Source: Candidatus Poseidoniia archaeon (GTDB lineage: Archaea > Thermoplasmatota > Poseidoniia > MGIII > CG-Epi1). From it: 64,000 nucleotides of DNA. Each line of letters starts with the position of its first letter. Position 1 is the first letter of the stretch. Location: assembly GCA_030748895.1 (NCBI GenBank), contig JASMLC010000006.1, positions 15,442-79,441 of the forward strand, written 5' to 3'. The translations under genes and the position numbers were made by a program. Shown in pieces: positions 1-9,314 of the stretch. Under the pieces are notes generated by a model that made no database searches, had not been told where the DNA came from, and saw nothing but the letters and a program-made list of their open reading frames with translations.

Positions 1-1775
1 TTATTGTTGACGACCACCGCCTCAAGGCCGGCATCGCGCACCGCCTGCACGCCGTGGACCGTTGAATAGTCAAACTCGATTCCCTGCCCGATGCGAATCG
101 GGCCCGACCCCAGGATTACCACCGAACGGCCACGCTCGATTTTCTCGCCCGCGTCGCCGCAGGTCGAGTAGAAGTAGGGCGTCCGCGCGGCAAACTCCCC
201 AGCGCAGGTGTCGACCATCAGGTAGCTGCTGCGCAGCCCCGCTGCGCGGCGCGCCTCGCGCACTTCCGCCTCCGGCAGGCCGCAGGCGTGCGCGATGTGC
301 GCGTCGCCGAAGCCCGCTTCCTTGGCGCGCGCCAGTAGCTCCGGCGTCAGCCCGCTTTTGGCCAGCTCTGCCTCGAGTGCGACCAGCGTCGCGATACGGC
401 TGGTAAAGAAGGCGTGGAAGCCGCTCTGCTCTGCCACCGCTTCCGCGCTAAGGCCCTGCCGCAGCGTTTCCCAAATCGCTTCCAGCCGGCGGTCTGTGGG
501 CTGGCGCAGTAATTCCTCCAGCGCTGGGCCGCGTTCGGCGACGCCCTCGGGAAAGCCGCGCCCCTGCCCGAGCGAGCGCCAGCCCTTCAGCAGCGATTCC
601 TCGAACGAGCGGCCGATGGCCATGGTTTCGCCGGTCGATTTCATCTGCGTCCCGATGTCGCGCTCGGCGAGTTTGAACTTGTCGAAGGGCCAGCGCGGAA
701 TCTTCAGCACGACGTAGTCCAGCGCCGGCTCGAAAGCGGCGCTGGTGTTGCCGGTGACGCGATTCGACAGCTCGTGCAGCCGCCGCCCCAGCGCCAGTAG
801 CGTCGCGATGCGTGCTATCGGGACGCCGGTCGCCTTGGAAGCGAGCGCCGACGAGCGCGAGACGCGCGGGTTGACCTCGATGACCACGTAGTCGGTGCTG
901 ACGGGGTCGAACGCGAACTGGACGTTGCAGCCGCCGACGATGCCGAGCCCGCGCACGACCTTCAGCGCCGACGAGCGCAGCCGCTGGTAATGTACATCTG
1001 GTAGTGTCAGCGCTGGCGCAACGACAATAGACTCTCCGGTATGGACTCCCATAGCGTCCAAGTTCTCCATCGAGCAAATGATGACGGCGTCATCACCACA
1101 GTCGCGCAACACCTCGAACTCGAACTCCTGCCAGCCCAGTACCGACTCTTCGATGAGCACTTGTGTTGTTGGCGAGAGCGCTAGCCCACGCCCGGCGATA
1201 ACCTCCAGCTCCTTGCGTGAGTGGGCAATGCCACCACCGGTCCCCCCAAGCGTGTAGGCTGGGCGAACAACGGCTGGATATCCGAGTTGTTTTCCAAGTG
1301 AAATTGCCTCTTCAAGTGTCTCCGCCACGTCGCTCTGCGGCACGGGTTCACCAAGTTCGACCATGTGCTGGCGAAACTTCTCGCGGTCTTCCGCCATTGC
1401 AATGCTATCAAGCGAAGTACCGAGTGGCTGCACTCCATATTTTTCCAGCACGCCTGCTTCTGCTAGCTCAGTAGTCAGGTTCAGCCCGGTCTGCCCTCCC
1501 ATTCCCGGCATGATAGCATCTGGTCGCTCTTTTTCAATAATGCGTTCCAACGTCGCGACGTTTAATGGCTCAATGTAGACAGTGTCGGCTGTCTCCGGGT
1601 CAGTCTGGATGGTAGCGGGGTTGCTATTGACCAGCACTACAGAGTGCCCTTCCTCGCGTAGTGCGGCGCAGCATTGCGAGCCGGAGTAGTCGAATTCGGC
1701 CGCTTGCCCGATGATAATCGGTCCTGAGCCGGCGACCAGCACCTTCAGTGCCGGCCCGTGGGCAGTTTCACCCAT
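1..1775 (-). CDS. carB: carbamoyl-phosphate synthase large subunit (partial; C-terminal part lies beyond window start)
   Basis: Minus-strand translation from ATG at about 1775 gives MGETAHGPALKVLVAGSGPIIIGQA, the classic CarB N-terminus. Internal stretch ...EESVLGWQEFEFEVLRDCGDDAVIICSMENLDAMGVHTGESIVV matches CarB. Start overlaps the carA stop (ATGGGTGA). The ORF runs off the window edge, so it is absent from the track. Confidence 0.9.
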   Translation of the reverse strand, partial: MGETAHGPALKVLVAGSGPIIIGQAAEFDYSGSQCCAALREEGHSVVLVNSNPATIQTDPETADTVYIEPLNVATLERIIEKERPDAIMPGMGGQTGLNLTTELAEAGVLEKYGVQPLGTSLDSIAMAEDREKFRQHMVELGEPVPQSDVAETLEEAISLGKQLGYPAVVRPAYTLGGTGGGIAHSRKELEVIAGRGLALSPTTQVLIEESVLGWQEFEFEVLRDCGDDAVIICSMENLDAMGVHTGESIVVAPALTLPDVHYQRLRSSALKVVRGLGIVGGCNVQFAFDPVSTDYVVIEVNPRVSRSSALASKATGVPIARIATLLALGRRLHELSNRVTGNTSAAFEPALDYVVLKIPRWPFDKFKLAERDIGTQMKSTGETMAIGRSFEESLLKGWRSLGQGRGFPEGVAERGPALEELLRQPTDRRLEAIWETLRQGLSAEAVAEQSGFHAFFTSRIATLVALEAELAKSGLTPELLARAKEAGFGDAHIAHACGLPEAEVREARRAAGLRSSYLMVDTCAGEFAARTPYFYSTCGDAGEKIERGRSVVILGSGPIRIGQGIEFDYSTVHGVQAVRDAGLEAVVVNN

Positions 1776-2823
1776 TGACCATCTCCCGCACTCGCTCGAA
1801 GAGCACGTTGGCGTCGAGCGGCCCCGGCGACGCCTCGGGGTGGAACTGGACCGACCAGCAGCCGGGCCCGCGAATCCCTTCGCAGGTGCTGTCGTTCAAG
1901 TTGGTAAATACCTCTGCTATGCCATCAGGCATTTCACCAAGAGCAAAGCCATGGTTCTGCGACGTAATGAACACCCGGTCGGCGTCGGTGTCATGCACCG
2001 GCTGGTTGGAACCGCGGTGGCCGAAACGCAGTTTGTAAGTGCTGCCCCCTAGCGCCAGCCCAAGAATCTGGTGACCGAGGCAGATGCCTACGACCGGCCA
2101 GCGCTCGAGCGCCTGCTGCACCGTCGTGACCACCGGCGCCATCTCCGGATGGGCGGGGTCGCCCGGGCCGTTGGACATGAAAATCAGGTCGGGCTTCGTT
2201 TTCTCAAGCCCCGCAACATCGGTGTCCCACGGCACGACCGTGACGCGGCAGTCCTGCGCCAGATTGGTGACGATGGACTGCTTGACGCCCCAGTCGAAGA
2301 GTGTCACCCGCGGGCCGCTTCGTCCGCGCCGGTATTTCTTTGGCGTCGAGACTCCGGCGACCTGGTTCGAGTCCGAAGGCCACGCCATCGCCGCGGCGCG
2401 GGCGACGCCCTCTTCTGGCGAGAGCGAGCCGTCAGTACAGACGACGGCGCGTAGCGTTCCCGCTTCGCGCGTCTGGACCGTCAGCGTGCGCGTATCAATG
2501 CCTTCCAGCCCCGGGATGCCTTCACTGCGCAGCCACTCATCGAGCGTTTGTTGCCCCTGATGCGGCTCCCGGCAGCATTCGCGCACGATGCAACCGCGTA
2601 CCTGTGCACCAGAAGACTCCATCCAGTCCGGCTGGCAGCCATAATTCCCAATTTGCGGGAAAGTGAACATCAGCAACTGGCCGGCGTAACTAGGGTCCGT
2701 AAGAGCTTCCTGATAACCCGTCATCGACGTGTTGAAAACCAGCTCACCCTCGACAATTCCGGTAGCGCCAAACGGGCGCCCCCGGGCAATCGTGCCGTCC
2801 TCTAGCGCAAGCCACCCCTGCAT
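1768..2823 (-). CDS. carA: carbamoyl-phosphate synthase small subunit (glutamine amidotransferase)
   Basis: 351-aa ORF with CarA N-domain and GATase motifs (GICLGHQ, FHPE), immediately upstream of carB on the same strand. Confidence 0.9.
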   Translation of the reverse strand: MQGWLALEDGTIARGRPFGATGIVEGELVFNTSMTGYQEALTDPSYAGQLLMFTFPQIGNYGCQPDWMESSGAQVRGCIVRECCREPHQGQQTLDEWLRSEGIPGLEGIDTRTLTVQTREAGTLRAVVCTDGSLSPEEGVARAAAMAWPSDSNQVAGVSTPKKYRRGRSGPRVTLFDWGVKQSIVTNLAQDCRVTVVPWDTDVAGLEKTKPDLIFMSNGPGDPAHPEMAPVVTTVQQALERWPVVGICLGHQILGLALGGSTYKLRFGHRGSNQPVHDTDADRVFITSQNHGFALGEMPDGIAEVFTNLNDSTCEGIRGPGCWSVQFHPEASPGPLDANVLFERVREMVNG

Positions 2824-2860
2824 CTAGGGCGCGGCAGTCGGCTGGGGGATAAAACGCTGC

Positions 2861-3610
2861 CTATTCCTGAAGCGCGGCCAGGGCCTCTTCCTCGACGAAG
2901 TGCAGTTCGCCCGGAATCACAATGGAGTGCGGCACCTCTCCTATCTTTGCCTGCGCCATTTCCCCCAGCGTGCCGCACCAGAGCTGCTGGTCGCTGCGGC
3001 CGACGCGAGCCGCCGCGCACGCCTGCGCTCCGGTCCCGACGCCGCCCTCGAGCAGCAGCAGCGCCCCTTCGGCAGCAGTCATCAGCCGCGGCTCGGCGGC
3101 GGGGTCATCGGCACGGATGTCGAGCAGTACCAGCGAGTGGAATTCCGCCTCGATATTCTGCAGTACACGCTCCACCGGCGAGAGCGGCCGGTAGTCGCCC
3201 TCCGGCAGCACCAGCGTCGCGACCGGGCCGAAGCGGTAGTGCTGTAGCCCCAGCTCGCCCGCAATCGCCGTCAGCACCGACGCGTTGTGCACGACGTGGC
3301 ACGCGATGCCCACCTCGCGGCACTGCAACCGCAGGCTGACGTGCGTTGTGGCAGCGAGGGGGTCGCCGCCGACCAGCAGCACCGTCGCGTCATCGCGCGC
3401 TGCCGCCAGCAGCGTTTCGGGCTGCTCAACCTCTTCGCGCGATAGCAGCCTCACCTTGCCGGCTTCCTGCTCGACCCACGCCAGCGTTTCCGGCAGCAGC
3501 GGCGAAGTGTAGCCTTCGGCGAAGACTGCGTTGGCCTCGCGGATGGCGGCGATTCCCGCCTGCGTCAGCGATTCCGGACCGCCGAGCCCAAGGCCGACCA
3601 GCGTGAGCAT
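2861..3610 (-). CDS. dphB: diphthine synthase (tetrapyrrole-methylase fold)
   Basis: 249 aa; MLTLVGLGLGGPESLT... N-terminus and overall similarity to archaeal Dph5/DphB. Confidence 0.8.
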   Translation of the reverse strand: MLTLVGLGLGGPESLTQAGIAAIREANAVFAEGYTSPLLPETLAWVEQEAGKVRLLSREEVEQPETLLAAARDDATVLLVGGDPLAATTHVSLRLQCREVGIACHVVHNASVLTAIAGELGLQHYRFGPVATLVLPEGDYRPLSPVERVLQNIEAEFHSLVLLDIRADDPAAEPRLMTAAEGALLLLEGGVGTGAQACAAARVGRSDQQLWCGTLGEMAQAKIGEVPHSIVIPGELHFVEEEALAALQE

Positions 3611-3644
3611 GCGCTCTTAATGCGTGGAGCGGATAAGGCATCCG

Positions 3645-4055
3645 ATGCGACGACGGACGCTGGCCGTGCAGACCGAGCCCTACGCGTTCCACGACATCAC
3701 CCGCGAAGTGCAGGGCGCCGTCGCCGACGCGGGTGTCAGCGACGGCGTCTGCCATTTGTTTATCCGCCATACCAGCGCCAGCCTGCTACTCCAGGAGAAC
3801 TACGATCCTTCGGTAAGGCAGGACCTCGCGCAATTCATGTCACGTATTGTGCCCGAGGATGGCAGCTATGTACATGGCATGGAGGGCAGCGACGACATGC
3901 CTGCGCATATTCGGAGCGCACTCACCTCAGTTTCAGAGAGTATCCCAGTTTCCGAAAGCAAGTTGCTCCTAGGACGCTGGCAAGGAATCTACCTCTGGGA
4001 ACATCGTGCGCATGGACATCGGCGCGAGGTTATCATCACAGTCACAGGTGACTAA
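3645..4055 (+). CDS. YjbQ/UPF0047 family protein (secondary thiamine-phosphate synthase-like)
   Basis: ORF 3624..4055 in the track (GTG start). ATG at 3645 gives MRRRTLAVQTEPYAFHDITREV..., the typical YjbQ-family length and sequence. Confidence 0.65.
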   Translation: MRRRTLAVQTEPYAFHDITREVQGAVADAGVSDGVCHLFIRHTSASLLLQENYDPSVRQDLAQFMSRIVPEDGSYVHGMEGSDDMPAHIRSALTSVSESIPVSESKLLLGRWQGIYLWEHRAHGHRREVIITVTGD

Positions 4056-4108
4056 TGCAGGATGCAGCCGGGCTGCAGCCCTAAAAACAGCACCACTATT
4101 GCCTCCTG

Positions 4109-5131
4109 ATGCAAGCGCTCCACTTCGAAGCTCACGGCGAGCTGGACGTGCTGCAGTTCGGCGATGTCCCCGACCCCGAAGTTCCCGTGGGCTGGGCGCT
4201 GCTGAAGGTCGAAGCGTGCGCGCTGAACCACCTCGACATCTGGGTGCGGCGTGGGTGGCCCGGGCTGCGCCTCGAGATGCCGCACATCGGCGGCAGTGAC
4301 GTCGCCGGCACGCTCGTGGCGGACGCTGGCGACTGGAAGGCGGGCGACGCCGTCGTGGTCGATCCGGGCATCTCGACGCGGCAGGATGAATGGACCGCGC
4401 GCGGCGATGATTCCATGTCGCCCGGCTACTGCATCCTCGGCGAGCACCTGCGCGGCGGCTGCGCCGAGTTCGTGGCGGTGCCGCTCGAGAACCTGCACCC
4501 GCGGCCGGCCGACCTCTCGGCAGCGCAGGCGGCCGCGCCGCTGCTGGCGGGGCTGACTACCTGGCGCATGCTGGTCAACCGCGCGCAACTGCAAGCTGAC
4601 GAGCGGCTGCTGGTCGTCGGCGCGGGTGGCGGCGTCAACTCGACCACCATCCAGCTCGGCTGCCACCTCGGCGCTGAAGTGCATGTCGTCGCTGGCGGCG
4701 CCGCGAAGGCGCAGCGCGCTGAAGAGCTGGGCGCGGCGCTGGTCGTCGACTACAAGACTGACGCGGCGTGGCACAGGCAACTGCTCGCCGCCACCGACCG
4801 CCGCGGCTACGACGTCATCGTTGATAATGTCGGTCGCGCGACATGGAAGCAGTCGCTGCGGCTGGCGGGCATCGGCGGCCGCATCGTCACCGTCGGCAAC
4901 ACCAGCGGCCCGCTGGCGGAGACCGATATCCGTTTCATCTTCTCGCGACAGCTCTCAATCCTCGGCTCGACTATGGGCTCGCACTCCGATTTCGCCGCGG
5001 TGCTGGAGCTGCTTGTGCAGGGCGCGCTGAAGCCGCTCATCCATTGCGAGCTGCCGCTCTCCGAAGGACGGCGCGGGCACGAAATCCTCGAGCGCGGCGA
5101 GATGTTCGGCAAAGTCGTGCTGCGGCCTTAG
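4109..5131 (+). CDS. zinc-type alcohol dehydrogenase / quinone oxidoreductase (MDR superfamily)
   Basis: 340 aa; GroES-like N-domain and Rossmann motif VVGAGGGVNSTTIQL; MDR family architecture. Confidence 0.75.
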   Translation: MQALHFEAHGELDVLQFGDVPDPEVPVGWALLKVEACALNHLDIWVRRGWPGLRLEMPHIGGSDVAGTLVADAGDWKAGDAVVVDPGISTRQDEWTARGDDSMSPGYCILGEHLRGGCAEFVAVPLENLHPRPADLSAAQAAAPLLAGLTTWRMLVNRAQLQADERLLVVGAGGGVNSTTIQLGCHLGAEVHVVAGGAAKAQRAEELGAALVVDYKTDAAWHRQLLAATDRRGYDVIVDNVGRATWKQSLRLAGIGGRIVTVGNTSGPLAETDIRFIFSRQLSILGSTMGSHSDFAAVLELLVQGALKPLIHCELPLSEGRRGHEILERGEMFGKVVLRP

Positions 5132-6018
5132 GCCGCTTCGAGCCGGATGGCGAGATGCGCCGTCGCGGGGCCGTAGTTCTTCACTCGCGCCACCCGCGCA
5201 ACGCGCAGCCCCGGCGCCGCTCGCTCCAGCTCGCGGCGCAATTGTCCGGGCACGGCGTCCCATTCACCGCTGCGCTGTACGCCGTAGTCGGCGCGCCGGA
5301 AGGCGTCGTGCAGGATGATTGTGCCATCTCTGCCGGCACGCATTTGCAAGGCCGCGTGCGGCAGGAAGTGGGCGGTATCGCCGATGTAGCCCAGATGCAC
5401 GATGTCGGCTTCGCGCTCCACGTCGCGGCAGTCGGCCTCGATGATTTCGACGTTGTCGAGCCCGTTGAGTGCCACGTTCTGCCGCAGGTATTCCGCCGCG
5501 ACCGGGTTCTTCTCGACCGCGATGACTTGCGTCGCGGGCCAGTGGCGCGCGAACTGCAACGCGAAATAGCCGACGCCGGCAAAGCAGTCCAGCACGACTC
5601 GCGGGCCGGGATGTGCGTAGAGCGCCGCGACCGCTGCCGGCCCGCGCGGGCCGGCGCGCCAGCCGACGTTGCCGGGCGCCCACATCACGCACTGCAGGTC
5701 GAGCCGGTAGCGCAGCCCGTGCTCGCGCACTTCGGTCTCCGCCGAGCTTCCGAACAGGAGCTGCGGCAGCCGTGGCTGCCGCAGCTCGCCTGCGATGCGT
5801 GGCCGGCGCATGACTGCCTCGACACCCGGCAGCGTCGCGTAAGCAGCCGCGACCGCTTGCGCTTCCGCCTCCAGCTCGGGCGGCAGCCGCAGCAGCAATA
5901 CGCACCCCAGCTGGACCCATTTGCGTGGCAGGTGCTGTTGCATCCATTCAGGCAGCCGGGCGGCAACCTGTTCGAAGGGCGTTTCGCGCTGGAGCAGGGA
6001 TACCGCGGCGGGGCTCAT
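5128..6018 (-). CDS. class I SAM-dependent tRNA methyltransferase, Trm5/Taw2 (Met-10+) family
   Basis: VLDCFAGVGYFAL SAM-binding motif and NVEIIEADCRDV motif typical of Trm5/TYW2. ATGA overlap with the downstream nfo gene. Confidence 0.65.
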   Translation of the reverse strand: MSPAAVSLLQRETPFEQVAARLPEWMQQHLPRKWVQLGCVLLLRLPPELEAEAQAVAAAYATLPGVEAVMRRPRIAGELRQPRLPQLLFGSSAETEVREHGLRYRLDLQCVMWAPGNVGWRAGPRGPAAVAALYAHPGPRVVLDCFAGVGYFALQFARHWPATQVIAVEKNPVAAEYLRQNVALNGLDNVEIIEADCRDVEREADIVHLGYIGDTAHFLPHAALQMRAGRDGTIILHDAFRRADYGVQRSGEWDAVPGQLRRELERAAPGLRVARVARVKNYGPATAHLAIRLEAA

Positions 6019-6878
6019 CGCCCAGCCAGCTCGCGCAGCCGGGCGATTTCCGGCTTCCAGCGTTCAGGGCCGCCGGGCGTCTCGAGATAGCCGGCAACTG
6101 CCTCGAGCCGCGAATCCTGCATGATGCTGGCGAAAACGGCTTCGCCCAGCTTCCCTTCGCCGTGGTTGGCGTGGCGGTCAACGCGTGAGCCGCGGTCGCT
6201 GAGCGAGTCGTTCAGGTGCATCCCGACCAGCCGTTCGCGGTCAATCTGCGAGTCGAACTCGTCCCACACGCCGTCGTAGTCGCCCGCCCAGTCGTAGCCC
6301 GCAGCCCAGGCGTGTTGCGTGTCGATGCAGACGCCCATGCGTGACGGGTCATCGACCCGCTCCAGGATATGCGCCAGTTCGCCGAAGGTGATACCGACAT
6401 TGGTCCCCTGTCCCGCGGCGTTCTCGAGCACCAGCAGGGATTCGAATCCTTCGGTCTTGGCGAGCGTGGTGTTGATGTGGCTCGCAATTCGCTCGAGCGC
6501 CGCGTCGCGCGTCGCGCGGTCGTCGCGCATCGCCTTGCGGGGATGCGTGTGCGAGCCGGGATGGAAATTCAGGTAAGGCACGCCGAGCGCTTCGCAGCGG
6601 CGATATTCTTCGAGAAAGGCGTGCTGCGCCCGTTTTCCTTTCGCTTCGTCAGGCGAACCCATGTTAATCAGGTATGAGTCGTGAATCATCACCGGCCCCA
6701 GCCCGCTCTGCGCCAGCGCAGTGCGGAACTGGTCGAGTTGCTCGTCGGTGAGCGGCTTCGCAATCCACTGCCGCTGGTTCTTGCTGAACATCTGGAATGT
6801 GTCTGCGCCGATGCTAAGTGCTTCACTGACGCCGTTATGCAGACCGCCGGCGACCGAGACGTGCGCGCCTAGCTTCAT
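6015..6878 (-). CDS. nfo: endonuclease IV (deoxyribonuclease IV)
   Basis: Track ORF 6015..6926. Likely true start is MKLGAHVSVAGG (typical Nfo N-terminus). TIM-barrel AP-endonuclease 2 family sequence throughout. Confidence 0.85.
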   Translation of the reverse strand: MKLGAHVSVAGGLHNGVSEALSIGADTFQMFSKNQRQWIAKPLTDEQLDQFRTALAQSGLGPVMIHDSYLINMGSPDEAKGKRAQHAFLEEYRRCEALGVPYLNFHPGSHTHPRKAMRDDRATRDAALERIASHINTTLAKTEGFESLLVLENAAGQGTNVGITFGELAHILERVDDPSRMGVCIDTQHAWAAGYDWAGDYDGVWDEFDSQIDRERLVGMHLNDSLSDRGSRVDRHANHGEGKLGEAVFASIMQDSRLEAVAGYLETPGGPERWKPEIARLRELAGR

Positions 6879-6943
6879 GGGGCGCCAGCAGGTGCCATTA
6901 CAAATCGCCTGCGGGCTTATTAGCACCCCATTTCTGCGGCGAT

Positions 6944-7744
6944 GTGAAGCTCGCGCTGGTCGCCAATCCGTACCATCCGCAGGCAGCGGAGAAGCTGGAA
7001 GCGCTGCTCGAACTAGTCGGCGACGCCGAGCTGGAAGAAGCGACGGCGCAGCTGCTCGGCCGTGAGGGGACGCCGCTGGCGGAGCTCTCGGGCGATTTGC
7101 TACTGGCGCTTGGCGGCGACGGAACGCTGCTCTACGCGCTATCGCACCTTGACCTGCCGGTCTTTGGCATCAACATCGGGCAGGTCGGATTCCTGACCGA
7201 GGCGGAGTTCGGCGACACACTCGAGGCCAATCTGGCGCGGCTCGAAGCGGGCGATTACGAAGTCGAGGAATTGCAACGTATCGAGGTACGGCTCAATGGC
7301 CAGATGGTGGGTCGGGCGCTGAACGAGGCGGTCATCCATACCGCGCGCGTCGCCAAAATCCAGAAATTCCGCATCACGCTCGACGGCCAGGTGGCGGACG
7401 AGTTCCGCGGTGACGGGCTGATAATCGCCACTCCCACCGGTTCGACCAGCTACGCCATGTCGGCCGGCTCGCCCATCCTGCACCCTGCCGTTGGCGCACA
7501 TGTGCTGGTGCCGATTGCACCTTACCGCATCGGCTCACGGCCGCTGGTGATTCCCGACTCCGTTGAGCTGAGGATCCAGCTCCTTAATCCGCGCCCGTCG
7601 GTCGTCGTACTGGACGGGGGCGATGAACTGGCCCTTGGGCCAGATGACGAAATCACCATCACGAAATCGGCTGTCCCGGCTCGTTTTGCGCGATTCGGCG
7701 ATACCTTCTTCGAGCGAGTGCAGCGGAAGCTGAGGATGCAGTAA
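6944..7744 (+). CDS. nadK: NAD+ kinase
   Basis: 266 aa; GGDGT motif (LALGGDGTLLYA), NGQM/DG..ATPTGSTSY motifs of PpnK/NadK. Confidence 0.85.
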   Translation: MKLALVANPYHPQAAEKLEALLELVGDAELEEATAQLLGREGTPLAELSGDLLLALGGDGTLLYALSHLDLPVFGINIGQVGFLTEAEFGDTLEANLARLEAGDYEVEELQRIEVRLNGQMVGRALNEAVIHTARVAKIQKFRITLDGQVADEFRGDGLIIATPTGSTSYAMSAGSPILHPAVGAHVLVPIAPYRIGSRPLVIPDSVELRIQLLNPRPSVVVLDGGDELALGPDDEITITKSAVPARFARFGDTFFERVQRKLRMQ

Positions 7745-7746
7745 TC

Positions 7747-9195
7747 GTGGCGAAACGACGCAGGGCGCGGCTCAGGGGCACCCGCACGGCAACGCGCAGT
7801 GAGCAGCGCAAGCTGCTTGAGCGAGTGGCACAGCTCAAGGAAAAGCCACAGTTTCTGCTCCCCAAGTGCCGCCACCCTGCTGGCGAATGCCCCTATCCCA
7901 GCGTGCGCGAGCAACTCGAGCGCGCGGTGGAGCCCGAAGAGCGCGGCTTTCTCGGCAGGTTGTTCGGCCGCCGGCTGAAGGACCCGCTGGCGCTCGCCCT
8001 GCGTGCCAGTCTGAGCCTGCTCGACGCCGGCAAGGCGCCGGTGATGGCGGTCGCGCGCTACCCGGCGGGAGATGTGGGCTACGTCCTGCGCGGGCAGTCG
8101 ATTCCCAAGGAGCGGCTGATTGGCGTGCAGAATTTCCACCATCGCACCTGGCGCGCGCTGGCGCATCTGGCCTATGTGCGCAAGAACGATATCTGGCTTT
8201 ATTCGCTGCCGAAGCGGCTGGTCTGCACCGGTCGCTCAGCTTCTTTGCCGTCTGAACTGTGGGATGAGCTGCGCGCTGCACTGCCGCGCGGCTGGCGTGA
8301 TTCCGACGGCGAAGGGTTGCTTCTGCGCTGCCTGTCGCTCGACCGCGCAGTGCGGTTGCCGGCCGCGGGCTGGCGTCGCTCGAGCCGCAATTCGCTCATA
8401 AATGTGCTCGAGCATCAGCATGCTGGCGATGCGGCGGCTGACTGGGAAGTTGAGGTTGTGACGCCGCTCGACGCGCTGGCGCCGGCCACGGAGTGCCCGG
8501 CGCTCGACGAATACCGCGAAGGAAAGTTGACCGACGCCGAGCTCTGGACCCGGCTCGGTGACTGGCAGCGCGAGCGCGCCGCTGAGGGCGGCGCGCATGG
8601 AGTCATCCACGGCAGCGAAATGCTCGCGCCCGATGATTTCGTCGCACGGCTTTCGCTCTCCGGCCACGACGCCCGGATTGCGCGCGAGCTTCTGGAGCGG
8701 CACGATGGCGCCGTCGCGTTAGAGGCGCTCACGCTGGGCGCGGTCGCTGGCGCCACCTGGAAACCGCACGGCCAGCGGCTACTAGCCGAGTGGGATGGCA
8801 CAGCTGACGAGCGCGAGCCGCTGGAACAACTGCGTGACGCGCTGTCGCGCGCCGGGATGCAGGAAGCGTTAGCAGCGCTCCCCGAGCTCGAAGGCCTGCC
8901 GCCGCTCCCGGCACTGGCCGACCGCGCGGTGCGTTTGCTGCGCACCGGCCGCAACGTGGACCTACAGCGCGAGCTGGCGGCCGCAGCCGAGGCGAGCCAT
9001 GGCGAACAGGCGCTGGCGTGGGCCATCCTGCAACATACCGGCAGCGCGGGCGGCCGCGAATGGCAGTTCGCTCGCGAGGTGCGCGAATTCGCCGAGGAGC
9101 TACAGCCCGCCTTCGAAACGCTGACTACGGCCGAGGGCGACAGCTATGCTGAGGCTCTGCAACGGCTCGCGCAGCTGGCCGGCGCAGAATTTTAA
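7747..9195 (+). CDS. hypothetical protein (482 aa; basic N-terminus, KCRHPAGECPYP motif)
   Basis: Long ORF with coding-like composition between nadK and tRNA-Val. No family recognised by eye. Confidence 0.5.
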   Translation: MAKRRRARLRGTRTATRSEQRKLLERVAQLKEKPQFLLPKCRHPAGECPYPSVREQLERAVEPEERGFLGRLFGRRLKDPLALALRASLSLLDAGKAPVMAVARYPAGDVGYVLRGQSIPKERLIGVQNFHHRTWRALAHLAYVRKNDIWLYSLPKRLVCTGRSASLPSELWDELRAALPRGWRDSDGEGLLLRCLSLDRAVRLPAAGWRRSSRNSLINVLEHQHAGDAAADWEVEVVTPLDALAPATECPALDEYREGKLTDAELWTRLGDWQRERAAEGGAHGVIHGSEMLAPDDFVARLSLSGHDARIARELLERHDGAVALEALTLGAVAGATWKPHGQRLLAEWDGTADEREPLEQLRDALSRAGMQEALAALPELEGLPPLPALADRAVRLLRTGRNVDLQRELAAAAEASHGEQALAWAILQHTGSAGGREWQFAREVREFAEELQPAFETLTTAEGDSYAEALQRLAQLAGAEF

Positions 9196-9219
9196 CCACC
9201 CTCCTTCGTCCGCACGCGG

Positions 9220-9295
9220 GGGCCCGTGGTCTAGGGGTTATGACGTCGCCTTGACATGGCGAAGATCGGCGGTTCAAATCCGCCCGGGCCCACCA
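9220..9295 (+). tRNA. tRNA-Val (anticodon GAC)
   Basis: GGGCCCG acceptor stem pairing with CGGGCCC; T-arm GGCGG-TTCAAAT-CCGCC; anticodon stem TCGCC/GGCGA with loop TTGACAT, giving GAC; encoded CCA. 76 nt. Confidence 0.9.
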
Positions 9296-9314
9296 CACCC
9301 GCAACAGGAAAACG

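Noticed and set aside
5264-5947. 227-aa minus-strand ORF rich in Arg/Ala/Gly, and many similar ORFs elsewhere (e.g. 448..1077-, 4052..4780-, 8415..9026-, 56585..57847-, 59258..60079-, 61102..62697+)
   Set aside because: They overlap well-supported genes (Trm5, carB, ADH, the 7747 gene, purB/thiI-like/panE, IMPDH, the 61801 gene) in other frames. Their low-complexity R/A/G/P composition is typical of off-frame translation of high-GC DNA.
9256-9314. Upstream ATG start of the first BNR lipoprotein ORF (MAKIGGSNPPGP...)
   Set aside because: These codons lie inside tRNA-Val (anticodon loop and T-arm). The signal-peptide Met at about 9315 is the credible start.
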